The notes under the pieces: model-generated | Told to the model about the DNA's origin: nothing | The model's input: the letters and a program-made list of their open reading frames with translations, nothing else | Databases searched by the model: none | In this document: positions 50,683-60,555 of the stretch, piece after piece | Position numbering within the stretch: position 1 is the first letter of the stretch | How the letters are laid out: every line of letters begins with the position of its first letter | Translations under genes and position numbers: made by a program | Source: Parcubacteria group bacterium | Lineage (GTDB): Bacteria > Patescibacteriota > Minisyncoccia > Moranbacterales > GCA-2747515 | Direction: 5' to 3' | NCBI GenBank assembly: GCA_041660065.1 | Contig: JBAZXC010000001.1 | Span: 392,535 to 456,534, forward strand | DNA length: 64,000 bases

Positions 50683-51090
50683 TTAAAAATTACGCATCAA
50701 GGCCTTTTTCATATTTTTCATGCGACCCGCTATGCTTGCATCGATCACCTCATCACCCACACGCACGATGATACCGCCCTTGATTGATGGATCAACACTG
50801 TATCTGAGTTCTGCATTGCTTGTGCCAAAACGTTTTTGCACAAATTTCATGATATGCGTTTTTTGTGCGTCATCAAGAGAAATTGCACTCGTCACTTTTG
50901 CCACAATGATACTGTTCTCTGCATTATATACATCCTCAAAGCGCGAAACAATTTGAGATCCCATCTTGACATGACCATTCTTTTTGAGCAACTGCATAAA
51001 TTGAACAATCACGCCGCGCGCATCCTGTTGATCTTTTCCTTTTGTGAGATCATACACTGTCTGTGCATATTGTTTTGCCGATACCTTCAT
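50683..51090 (-). CDS. atpH: ATP synthase delta subunit (short)
   Basis: [26 protein letters not shown]. Confidence 0.92.
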   Translation of the reverse strand: MKVSAKQYAQTVYDLTKGKDQQDARGVIVQFMQLLKKNGHVKMGSQIVSRFEDVYNAENSIIVAKVTSAISLDDAQKTHIMKFVQKRFGTSNAELRYSVDPSIKGGIIVRVGDEVIDASIAGRMKNMKKALMRNF

Positions 51091-51093
51091 AAA

Positions 51094-51588
51094 CTATTTT
51101 GTATTAATGACATCCGCAATGATCTTTGCATCGAGTCTCTCGTCTATTTTTTCGCCAATCACTTTCTCCACTGCAAGTGACACAAGAGATGCAATTTCCT
51201 TTTTTGCCTCGCTTACCATTTTATTTTTTTCTTCTTCGATGCTTTTTTGCGCCTTTGTGATCATTTTTTGCGATTCATCTTTTGCCAGTGCGATCAATTC
51301 TTCACGTTGCACCTGCGCTTGTCCTTGTGCTTTTTCGATAATATCCTTTGCCTGCTTTTTTGCTTCAATAATTACCTCTTTTTCTTTCTGTACGATATCC
51401 TCCAGCTTCTTTTGTGATTCTTCTGCATCTGCAAGACCTTTCTCGATCTTTGTCGTTCGTTCGTCGAGCATCTTTAATACGGGCTTGTATGCAAAGCGAT
51501 ACAACACAAAAAGCACAATACAAAAATTTATGACTTGTGGAATAAACAATTTTATATTTAGTCCGAGACTGGATAGCAACTCACTCAT
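51094..51588 (-). CDS. atpF: ATP synthase b subunit
   Basis: QVINF TM, KPV..MLDER, coiled coil. Confidence 0.95.
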   Translation of the reverse strand: MSELLSSLGLNIKLFIPQVINFCIVLFVLYRFAYKPVLKMLDERTTKIEKGLADAEESQKKLEDIVQKEKEVIIEAKKQAKDIIEKAQGQAQVQREELIALAKDESQKMITKAQKSIEEEKNKMVSEAKKEIASLVSLAVEKVIGEKIDERLDAKIIADVINTK

Positions 51589-51684
51589 ATTGGTAATTTT
51601 AAATTTTCTAAATAGTAATCAAATGACCACAATGCAATGAGCGGGACTTCACCCACCCACTGTATGTATTCACGTGATCCTTTA

Positions 51685-51966
<282 letters not shown>

Positions 51967-52037
51967 TTACTTAGTTACGAAGTTATTTATTCGGAAACAG
52001 TGATCCGATCAAATAACTATTTAACCAACTAAAAAAA

Positions 52038-52793
52038 TTAATGATGTGCCTCTGTTGCCATCTTGAAAAAAACCAATGTCAACATTGCAAACACAAGCGC
52101 TTGAATAAACCCCACAAAAACCTCCAACAACATAAACGGTATCGGCACGAGCGGTGGCACGAGCGACAACATCACCAAAAGCAAAACTTCTCCCGCAAAT
52201 ACATTGCCAAAAAGACGAAAGGAAAATGAAATGACTTTAGCAAATTCTGAAATGATTTCCAACACACCCACAAAAGTCCCAATACCATACGGTTTTTTAA
52301 GCGGACTGACAAAAAACTTCCCAAGATATCCTCTGAGACCGACAGCACGCACGCCAAAAACCTGCGCCGCAATAACAGCAAAAAGCGCAAGCGTGATCGT
52401 CAAATTCAAATCCGCACTAGGACTGCGCACAAAAGACACGAGTACATTCTCCTCGCCATGCATCTGCTCCACACCAAATGTCCCCATACCAGGGAGAAGT
52501 CCGATCCAATTGGATAAAATGACAAAAATAAAAATCGTGGCAACGATTGGAAAAAATTTCTTACTTTGCGCACGATCCCCTGTCACACTATCAACAAGAT
52601 CCAGAAGTGCCTCCAATACTATTTCAACAATATTTTGAAAGCCACGCGGTACAATAGTCATGCGACGATTCAAAATGTACGACCCTATGATGATCAAGAG
52701 GCTTACGACCATCGTCATAAAAAAAGTATTTGTAATTGGAAAACCCGCAACACTCGTCAATACTTCCGGCACCAATGAAATGTCTATGTCCAT
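52038..52793 (-). CDS. atpB: ATP synthase a subunit
   Basis: SFRLFGNVFAGE; FIQALVF. Confidence 0.96.
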   Translation of the reverse strand: MDIDISLVPEVLTSVAGFPITNTFFMTMVVSLLIIIGSYILNRRMTIVPRGFQNIVEIVLEALLDLVDSVTGDRAQSKKFFPIVATIFIFVILSNWIGLLPGMGTFGVEQMHGEENVLVSFVRSPSADLNLTITLALFAVIAAQVFGVRAVGLRGYLGKFFVSPLKKPYGIGTFVGVLEIISEFAKVISFSFRLFGNVFAGEVLLLVMLSLVPPLVPIPFMLLEVFVGFIQALVFAMLTLVFFKMATEAHH

Positions 52794-52850
52794 AAAATTT
52801 GTATGTGAATCTTCACCAATTACATGAGACCTGCAAAAAACCGTAACATC

Positions 52851-53081
52851 CTACTGTAGTTGCTTCACTTTTTTGTACACCAGATATGATGACAACATGA
52901 GTGAACCCACGATACCAAGCAGAAGAAATAGCGGTGATGTCCCAAAATGGATGTCCAGATATCTCCCGCCAAAAGAAAACCCAACAGCTGGGATAGCGAT
53001 CATATACCCTATTTCAAAAACTAACGACAGCGCAATAAACGTGCTGCCTTCTGCGGTTTTTTGTCCTTTATTTTTCAACAT
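52851..53081 (-). CDS. AtpZ/AtpI family protein
   Basis: G.YLD..FGTSP motif; first gene of the atp operon. Confidence 0.85.
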   Translation of the reverse strand: MLKNKGQKTAEGSTFIALSLVFEIGYMIAIPAVGFSFGGRYLDIHFGTSPLFLLLGIVGSLMLSSYLVYKKVKQLQ

Positions 53082-53196
53082 ATTTAATATTACCGCTACT
53101 TTTTTGAATTGTCAATATTTTTTAAATAGTTCTACCATCCCCAGCACCGTCAAAAAATCCTATTGTCATATATATGACAATAGGATTTTTCATTCT

Positions 53197-54552
53197 TTAG
53201 AAAAACTTTGTCACATCACGAATCGTGATCACTGCCATCAGGACCAATAATGCAATAAAAAATGCAGAATGCATGATTCCTTCAATGCGCTGATTAACCG
53301 GTTTCCCTTTGATTTTTTCAATGATCAAAAACAAAATTCTCCCGCCGTCAAGCGCAGGAATTGGCAGGATATTGATGATGCCCAGGTTCACACTCAAAAT
53401 TGCGGCAAATTGCAAAAGATATGCGAGTCCCATATCACGCATTTGTTGTGTCATCATTGCAATTCCCACCGGACCGGCAATTTCTGCATGCACTCCCCCA
53501 CCCGCAAAAATTGAAACAATGAGCGCACCAAACGCAGAGAGGATCATGATCGTCAAGCTGATCACGCGCATAAGACTCTCCCACAACGCCGCATACCACG
53601 CATACCGCACGATGGTAATATCAGCCAAACTCACACCGATCATTCCTTTTCCGTTTTGGTTTTTTGGCGTCATAGAAAGAGAAATATCCTCTTTTCCGCG
53701 AAGAATATGCACGATGATCTCTTGATCCGCATGACTGCTGACAAACTTTTGAAATTCTCCACTATTTTCAATGGTGCTACAGACATCATTCTCACACAAA
53801 GAAACAATTTTATCTCCGATCTTTATGCCGGTTGCACTTGCAACAGAATCCTCCTGCACGCTCTCGATCATTACCGTCGGTAGAGAAAGTGTTGTGATCT
53901 TTTTTATTTTTTGTGCCGTGTCAAAATTGATTTGTCCAAAAAGTACGCTTTTTCCACCGGATGTTCGCATGACATACCCCTCCTTTATATGTGAAAAATC
54001 ATATGTATCCTCATTGTGCCGTGAAAAAATCTCAATGCCGAAAGGACTAAATGAAAAATCTCCCATATTATCATTAAGCGGTTCTGGTGCACCGATCATG
54101 AGCACAATGCTAATCAATACCCACGCAAGCACAAAATTCATCATAACGCCCGCAACAAGGATCTTGAAACGCGCCCAAATGGATTGGACCGAAAAGCTAT
54201 CAGGATCCGTTGCCATGCGAATATACTCTTTATCTGCTTCTGTCAATTTGTCAAAATTTTTAACATCTTTTTCATCCACAGGATTTTCTCCCTTGATCCG
54301 CACAAAACCCCCTAGAGGAATTGCATTAATCGAATACAAGGTCTTTTCTCCGTAATATTCCTGATTACCGAAAATAATTTTTTTCTTTTTTGTAGATGGA
54401 TTTTCTACGATACCAATAATACGTGGCGGAAAACCAAAACCAAACTCATGTGCAGTCACGCCGTTTCGCCTCGCTGTAAGAAAGTGCCCAAGTTCATGTA
54501 CAAAAATCAAAAGACCCAAAATCAGCCCAAAAATAATGATTGTTACAAACAT
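53197..54552 (-). CDS. rseP: RIP metalloprotease RseP (M50, PDZ)
   Basis: HELGH, PLGGFV, NILPIPALDGG. Confidence 0.92.
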   Translation of the reverse strand: MFVTIIIFGLILGLLIFVHELGHFLTARRNGVTAHEFGFGFPPRIIGIVENPSTKKKKIIFGNQEYYGEKTLYSINAIPLGGFVRIKGENPVDEKDVKNFDKLTEADKEYIRMATDPDSFSVQSIWARFKILVAGVMMNFVLAWVLISIVLMIGAPEPLNDNMGDFSFSPFGIEIFSRHNEDTYDFSHIKEGYVMRTSGGKSVLFGQINFDTAQKIKKITTLSLPTVMIESVQEDSVASATGIKIGDKIVSLCENDVCSTIENSGEFQKFVSSHADQEIIVHILRGKEDISLSMTPKNQNGKGMIGVSLADITIVRYAWYAALWESLMRVISLTIMILSAFGALIVSIFAGGGVHAEIAGPVGIAMMTQQMRDMGLAYLLQFAAILSVNLGIINILPIPALDGGRILFLIIEKIKGKPVNQRIEGIMHSAFFIALLVLMAVITIRDVTKFF

Positions 54553-54570
54553 AGTAATATATATTTCAAT

Positions 54571-55128
54571 TTAAATAGTCATAATCTCCTGCTCTTTCTT
54601 TTTGCGAATTTCTTCGATTGTCTTATTGTACGCATCAACCACCTCTTGCAATTCGTCTTTACCAATAAACTTTTCATCTTCTGTGATCTCACCGGACTTC
54701 TCCTGTTTTTGAATATCTTTCCACGCATCTTCCCGTACGGTGCGCACGCCAACACGCGCCTCTTCCGCTTTTTGATTGAGCACTTTTACGAGACTTTTAC
54801 GATTTTCCTCTGTCATCGGCGGAAATGATAGTCGCGTTGCAATACCGTCATTAGACACATTTGCGCCAACGTCAGCAATTACAATCGCCTTTTCTATCGC
54901 CTGCAAATTCGAGCGATCCCACGGCTGCACAAGCAACTGACGAGCCTCCGGCACAGAAATGTTTGCAATTTGTTTGACCGGCGTTGCCGTACCATAACAA
55001 TCCACCATGATATTTTCCACAATTCCCGGATTAGCCCTTCCTGTGCGAATTTTTGTAGTCTCCCCCTCAAAATGCTCGATCACATCTTTTAATTCCTCCT
55101 TATGCAAAGCAATGATTTCTTTATACAT
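54571..55128 (-). CDS. frr: Ribosome recycling factor
   Basis: IRTGRANP, PP.TEE.R. Confidence 0.96.
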   Translation of the reverse strand: MYKEIIALHKEELKDVIEHFEGETTKIRTGRANPGIVENIMVDCYGTATPVKQIANISVPEARQLLVQPWDRSNLQAIEKAIVIADVGANVSNDGIATRLSFPPMTEENRKSLVKVLNQKAEEARVGVRTVREDAWKDIQKQEKSGEITEDEKFIGKDELQEVVDAYNKTIEEIRKKKEQEIMTI

Positions 55129-55142
55129 ACTATTTTTTATGA

Positions 55143-56192
55143 TTAATTAGCTGCTTTTCTCAAACCGATATATACAACATTTGGATCGATCGGATCATGC
55201 CTGATCACGTCCACAACACGTTCACTTGTCGTATCCGTAATTGCCCATCCGCCCGGCACGCTGGTATAAACCGCCTTCGCAGCAGCATATACCAACTGAT
55301 TTGGATCATGCGGACTCACCTTAATCGCATGAATAGGAATGCCGATCGTACTCGCAATCACATCAACACTTGTCCATGACAATCCATAATCCGCAGATCG
55401 GAAGACACCTTGATCAGTACCGACAAAAATCACACCGGACACTGCCGGACTTACTGCTATAGAAAATAGATTACCATCATATACCCCCTCAACATCTCTT
55501 ACGCGCTTCAGATCACCAATGCTTTCAAACGTCGTACCTCCATCCCGCGTCCGCACAATGTCATCATTGCTCACAAGTGCATATAGCGTATTGAGGTCGC
55601 TGGCATCGATCAACAGATCATTGATGATACTGTTTGCATGATAAAGATTTTCCCAACTCTCGCCACCGTTTCCTGTGCGTGCAATTGTTCCGCCACTCGT
55701 GCCAATATATACAATATTACCATTTGTCAGTGATGTGATCATTGATGTAATATTTGTTCCATCTTCCGGTTCTACATATACCCGTCGCCAATTCACACCA
55801 CCATCATCAGTGAGGATCACACTTCCGCGACCATTATACATCCCGCTAACATATATTCTTTGTGTATTTATAGGGCTGATCGCAACATTGGTGATATCGC
55901 TCAAACCAACATCGATTTGTTTCCACGACAATGCTCCATCCATACTGACATATACCCCGCTACGGTCTGTGCCGATATATACCGTACTATTATTTACAGG
56001 ATCGATCGCCATGGATAAAACATTTGTCCGTGCAAGAGAATTTTTCTCATCAATTGTCACACGCGATTCAAACGTCTTGCCCGCATCCACGCTCTTCATG
56101 ACGCCACCTGTTGTACTACTGCTTCCGCCAAGAGTACACCCAAAAAGCATCATGATTCCAGCAATCAAAATTGTCATTAAAAAATATCTCAT
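55143..56192 (-). CDS. BNR/Asp-box beta-propeller (YCF48-like) putative lipoprotein
   Basis: Repeated S/T.D.G.S/TW Asp boxes; lipobox-like LFGC. Confidence 0.8.
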   Translation of the reverse strand: MRYFLMTILIAGIMMLFGCTLGGSSSTTGGVMKSVDAGKTFESRVTIDEKNSLARTNVLSMAIDPVNNSTVYIGTDRSGVYVSMDGALSWKQIDVGLSDITNVAISPINTQRIYVSGMYNGRGSVILTDDGGVNWRRVYVEPEDGTNITSMITSLTNGNIVYIGTSGGTIARTGNGGESWENLYHANSIINDLLIDASDLNTLYALVSNDDIVRTRDGGTTFESIGDLKRVRDVEGVYDGNLFSIAVSPAVSGVIFVGTDQGVFRSADYGLSWTSVDVIASTIGIPIHAIKVSPHDPNQLVYAAAKAVYTSVPGGWAITDTTSERVVDVIRHDPIDPNVVYIGLRKAAN

Positions 56193-56231
56193 ATATACAA
56201 TCATACAACATCACACGAAAAAAAACCACTG

Positions 56232-56260
56232 TTGACACACCGCTCATTCTTCTATATAAT
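56232..56260 (+). promoter_or_regulatory. Consensus sigma70 promoter for tRNA-Lys
   Basis: TTGACA, 17 bp, TATAAT. Confidence 0.8.
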
Positions 56261-56287
56261 CAACACTGTTATTATGTATTATTGCGC

Positions 56288-56360
56288 GGGCGCATAGCTC
56301 AGTCGGTAGAGCAACTCCCTTTTAAGGAGATGGTCGGGGGTCCGAATCCCTCTGCGCCCA
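56288..56360 (+). tRNA. tRNA-Lys (TTT)
   Basis: Cloverleaf GGGCGCA/TGCGCCC, anticodon loop CTTTTAA; T-loop reads TCCGAAT. Confidence 0.92.
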
Positions 56361-56416
56361 CAACAGCAGTCTCTCGATCATATCGCGGTGGCTGTTTTAT
56401 TTTGCTTTGATAAGCG

Positions 56417-56869
56417 TTATCTTTTTATAAATAGGATCACAAAGATGAGCGGTGCAACGGCAAAATAAAAGATATAATCTATGAACACTTGCCACACCTC
56501 TTTTGTCATAAAAAAACTTATCAAAGAAAAAGGAAGAAAATAACAAAATAGTGCAGAAAGATAAAAAACTGTCAGTACGGTCAAAACAAAAGCCTGATAG
56601 CTAAACCGTCCCGTCATCCACTCTCCCGTATCAAAAAGTCGCCATTTTTCCACCAAAGCAAGCCCCAACATGAGTGCTGTAAAAAAAATGACATCTGCGT
56701 ACGGATTGAATGCAAATTTGTCCGGCATTAGCAAAACAAGGGCATAGGCAACGTAACTCGCCATAAGAAAACGGGATGCCCAGACAACCTGAACAACTGG
56801 CGCAAGGACAACGCCAATAGCTACAATAATTCCAATGATCATCCATGAGTTTGTTGAAAAAAAATCCAT
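56417..56869 (-). CDS. Hypothetical membrane protein
   Basis: 150 aa, about 5 hydrophobic segments. Confidence 0.7.
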   Translation of the reverse strand: MDFFSTNSWMIIGIIVAIGVVLAPVVQVVWASRFLMASYVAYALVLLMPDKFAFNPYADVIFFTALMLGLALVEKWRLFDTGEWMTGRFSYQAFVLTVLTVFYLSALFCYFLPFSLISFFMTKEVWQVFIDYIFYFAVAPLIFVILFIKR

Positions 56870-56979
56870 ACGTTTTTATATTATTGAGGGACTACATCAT
56901 TATACATCACTTTATGGTTGATTTGTAGTATAATGTATACTATACTGGTAATTCAACATCATTTATTGTTATATTTGTT

Positions 56980-58443
56980 ATGAAAACCCCTATTTCACGA
57001 CGTATTTTCTTTTGGATCCTTTTTGTTTCCTATTTTGTCACAACAGCATCCGTGCTTTTCTTTGTCTTTGGCTATCGCCATGATTTTGCACAAAAGATAT
57101 TTGTGCACACAGGTTCGATCACGGTAAAAGCGAACCCCAAAACCATTTCCGTATATGTAGACGACCGCGCACCTCAATCGAAACTGATCAATGTCATCAA
57201 TGATTCTTACTACATTAGTGGCATCCGCCCAAAAACACACACCCTAAAAGTTTCTGCCGAAGGATTTAGAACATGGGAAAAATCAGCCATTGTACATAGT
57301 GGCCTCTCCACAGAATTTTGGAACATTACACTGTTGCGCAACGCTTATGAACCAACAAGCTATGCTATTTCTGATATCGATCAATTTTTTCCTGCTCCGG
57401 ATGAAAATCTCTTTGCCTGTTCAAAACAAATTGGCAAAGTGCAAACTGTCCACATTTTCGATGCAAAAAAAGATGAAACCACAAATACCTTTCTTTTTAT
57501 GCAAAAAAAATTCACAGCAAATACACGTGAAAATATCGAGTGGTCACCAAACAGTCATGAGCTGATTATTCCTCTTGAAGATATTGAAAATTCCTCCAAC
57601 AAGGACTATGCGATCGCTTATAGTAAAACGAATGACTCATTTCTCCTCTCGGAAAAAATCTCTCTTGGTCAGTTACAATCGGTACGCTGGGATCCCAAAG
57701 ATCGCAACGCTCTTTTTTTCCTTGCTCAAAATAAGTTATGGCGAGCACAAATAGATGACGAGAATACTGTCGTTCCGGAAATTGTTGCCGACCGCGTACT
57801 CGCTTATGACTTTACCGATGACGGTCTCTATGTGTTTACAAATGAATACGCTGTGCTTCATGACCGAGATATCAATGGAAAAAATTTGGAACAAATCACT
57901 GCTTTTGATATTCTACAAGGAGCAACAAGCATTCGCCTTGACGCTTATGATACACATCGCATTGCCGTTTTGGATGACACGAATAAAACTGTATACATAT
58001 ATAACAAGGGCGAGCGCAATATTTACAATAAGAAAATCGGATCGGATATTATTGGCGCAAATTTCTCAGATGATGGGAAAAAATTGTTGTTTTATTCTCC
58101 TTTTGAGATCTTTGTCTATTTCACACGTGATTGGGATGCACAACCTGTACGACAAGAGGATGATGCGCACTCCATTGTACGATTTTCACAATTTATCAAT
58201 AATGTACATTTTGCGAAAGATTATGAACACGTCATTTTTACAATCAACAATGATATTAAAATTACCGAACTAGACTATCGTGGCAGTCGTATCACAGACA
58301 CAATTATCTCACTCAATGAAAAAGAAACCAAAGTGATCGACAAGCAAAAAATGGATCGACTTTATTTCATTGATTCTTATGACACAGTCAGACGAGGATT
58401 GCGCTCGATCGAATTTCCCGAAAAAGAAAGTCTTATATTCTAA
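56980..58443 (+). CDS. PEGA-like domain, beta-propeller-like membrane-anchored protein
   Basis: TM, TGSITV.ANP, GFRTWEK; WSP/FSDDG repeats. Confidence 0.75.
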   Translation: MKTPISRRIFFWILFVSYFVTTASVLFFVFGYRHDFAQKIFVHTGSITVKANPKTISVYVDDRAPQSKLINVINDSYYISGIRPKTHTLKVSAEGFRTWEKSAIVHSGLSTEFWNITLLRNAYEPTSYAISDIDQFFPAPDENLFACSKQIGKVQTVHIFDAKKDETTNTFLFMQKKFTANTRENIEWSPNSHELIIPLEDIENSSNKDYAIAYSKTNDSFLLSEKISLGQLQSVRWDPKDRNALFFLAQNKLWRAQIDDENTVVPEIVADRVLAYDFTDDGLYVFTNEYAVLHDRDINGKNLEQITAFDILQGATSIRLDAYDTHRIAVLDDTNKTVYIYNKGERNIYNKKIGSDIIGANFSDDGKKLLFYSPFEIFVYFTRDWDAQPVRQEDDAHSIVRFSQFINNVHFAKDYEHVIFTINNDIKITELDYRGSRITDTIISLNEKETKVIDKQKMDRLYFIDSYDTVRRGLRSIEFPEKESLIF

Positions 58444-58456
58444 ATAATTCAAAAGG

Positions 58457-58486
58457 AAAACACATCCTCAAGGGATGTGTTTTTTT
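58457..58486 (+). terminator. Intrinsic terminator
   Basis: AAAACACATCC...GGATGTGTTTTTTT. Confidence 0.75.
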
Positions 58487-58494
58487 ATGAACAA

Positions 58495-58552
58495 CTCGCC
58501 GTGGCGAGCTTGAACATCGGACATCGTCATTACCCGCCGCGACGGGCGCGCT
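58495..58552 (-). repeat. Degenerate tRNA-Ile fragment with hairpin inserts
   Basis: CTCGCCGTGGCGAG, then tRNA T-arm match, then CCCGCCGCGACGGG in place of part of the anticodon arm. Confidence 0.85.
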
Positions 58553-58579
58553 TTGGTTAGCGATTTATTTAAAAATGTG

Positions 58580-58653
58580 TGGGCGATCGAGGACTTGAAC
58601 CTCGGACCTCGTCATTATCAGTGACGCGCTCTAACCACCTGAGCTAATCGCCC
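58580..58653 (-). tRNA. tRNA-Ile (GAT)
   Basis: Cloverleaf GGGCGAT/ATCGCCC, anticodon loop CTGATAA. Confidence 0.95.
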
Positions 58654-58680
58654 TTATACTTTTATTCTTTTCTTTCTCCA

Positions 58681-58774
58681 GCGATCGAGGACTTGAACCT
58701 CGGACCTCGTCATTACCCGCCGCGGCGGGCGCGCTCCCTGCCTACCGGCAGGTAACCACCTGAGCTAATCGCCC
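58681..58774 (-). repeat. Defective tRNA-Ile copy with two hairpins
   Basis: Identical to the tRNA except TCAGTGA replaced by CCCGCCGCGGCGGG (58716-58729) and CCTGCCTACCGGCAGG inserted (58737-58752). Confidence 0.9.
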
Positions 58775-58873
58775 GTTAATAAGTAAAAAGTCAAAAGTAT
58801 AAAGTAAAAAGATTTTTTGCAAAACATCCTTCTCAATTTTTTACTTTTAATTTTTGACTTATAACTTATTTTG

Positions 58874-58946
58874 TGGACCGGACAGGACTCGAACCCGCCA
58901 CTTCCTCAGTGCAAGTGAGGCGCTCTACCAGATGAGCTACCGGCCC
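58874..58946 (-). tRNA. tRNA-Ala (TGC)
   Basis: G3:U70 pair, anticodon loop CTTGCAC. Confidence 0.95.
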
Positions 58947-59150
58947 AAACTTATGCTATATTTTCAAACAATCATCAAAAATGTGTTCTGCAAAACCACA
59001 ATGATGACCACTACCCATCCACCTTTTGCGGAATCCGCTAAGTCCATACGTGTTACGGACGACTTCATATCACAGTGGCTATTATATCAATAAATAAAAA
59101 ATAACGCAAGGATCCATTATGACTCACGCTTGAATTAGTTCCCGCCCCGT

Positions 59151-60548
59151 CTACAAAGACATCACGACTGTTCTAAATTGATTACCTCGATCAAATTCAT
59201 TGGCAAACACACCAAAGCTTGCAGCTCCAGGCGACAGGAGAACGACGTCCCCTTTTTGTGCACCCATCGATGCAATTTCCACAGCCTTATCCATTGCATC
59301 CACGATCTCAAAGGAAATCTTGCCTTTATCACCACTCAGCTCCTTTTTGATCAATCGCACAATCTTTTCTGTGGCATCCCCTTTTATGAAAACGACACCT
59401 TTCACTTTTTCTACAATCGCTTTTGCAAATTCCGTATACTCTAAATTTTTGTCCGCACCGCCTGCGATGAGAATGATCGGCTCAGTGAATGAATTGAGTG
59501 CTGCAATCGCAGATTGTGGATTTGTAGCTGCGGTGTCGTTATAATATTTTACACCCTTTTTCTCATCCACAAGCTCTAGGCGATGTGCAATACCACGAAA
59601 GTTTTTTACCGCTGAAACAATCGTTTTTGATGGTACGCCATAAGCAATTGTCGCTGCCATGGCGCACATAACGTTGTTGATATTGTGTGTACCGCGCAAG
59701 GGACTTTCTTTCACAGACATAACGGGGGAAATATCAATACCATCGTTGATATAAATCTCATCCTTTTCGCAAAACACGCTACGCCCACCGGAAATATGGT
59801 GTGATGCAACCATCATCACATGTCCTTTTGCTTCACGACAAAGACTGCCGACTGTGGCATCGTCCTTATTACAAATAAACCAATCTTGCGGTTTCTGATG
59901 AATAAAAATATTTTTTTTATCAAAAAGATAATCTTCCATTGATCGATAGTAATTCATATGATCTGGAAAAAAATTCGTAAAAACACCAATGTGCGGACTA
60001 ATTTCGGATTTTGTCAGTCCGGACAGACGCCAACTCGATAACTCAAAAACGACAACGGAATTCTTTTTAACCAGCTTTAACCGATCAAGAACCGGCATTT
60101 GTCCAATGCCGATTTTAATCGGATTTTTATTTGCTTTTTTCAATATATGATGAATCAAGTGTGATGTTGTTGTTTTGCCTTTTGTGCCCGTAATCCCGAT
60201 GATCGGCGCTTTGCATAATTTAAAAAACAAACTGGAATCAACTTCAACAGAAATACCTTCCTTCATAGCAAGTACCACATGCTTGTTCGTCCATTGTGCC
60301 TGTGGCGTCTTGATCACCATGTCAACCTTGGTGAAGTCCTCTCGTCGATGTTGTCCCAAAACATACTCAACATTTTTCAAGTCTTTCATTTGCTCCAATG
60401 AATGTGCCAATTGCTCTTTATTTTTGATATCGGTTGCAATCACTTTTGCACCATTTTCCACCAAAAAACGAATCGTCCCAACTCCTCCACCGAGCAGTCC
60501 AATGCCAAAAACTGTCACTCTTTTCCCTTTAAACCATTTTACATCCAT
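59151..60548 (-). CDS. murD: UDP-MurNAc-L-Ala:D-Glu ligase
   Basis: GITGTKGKTTT, ELSSW, PDH, HRLE, IAGG.DK, LSPGAASF. Confidence 0.95.
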   Translation of the reverse strand: MDVKWFKGKRVTVFGIGLLGGGVGTIRFLVENGAKVIATDIKNKEQLAHSLEQMKDLKNVEYVLGQHRREDFTKVDMVIKTPQAQWTNKHVVLAMKEGISVEVDSSLFFKLCKAPIIGITGTKGKTTTSHLIHHILKKANKNPIKIGIGQMPVLDRLKLVKKNSVVVFELSSWRLSGLTKSEISPHIGVFTNFFPDHMNYYRSMEDYLFDKKNIFIHQKPQDWFICNKDDATVGSLCREAKGHVMMVASHHISGGRSVFCEKDEIYINDGIDISPVMSVKESPLRGTHNINNVMCAMAATIAYGVPSKTIVSAVKNFRGIAHRLELVDEKKGVKYYNDTAATNPQSAIAALNSFTEPIILIAGGADKNLEYTEFAKAIVEKVKGVVFIKGDATEKIVRLIKKELSGDKGKISFEIVDAMDKAVEIASMGAQKGDVVLLSPGAASFGVFANEFDRGNQFRTVVMSL

Positions 60549-60555
60549 ACACGCA

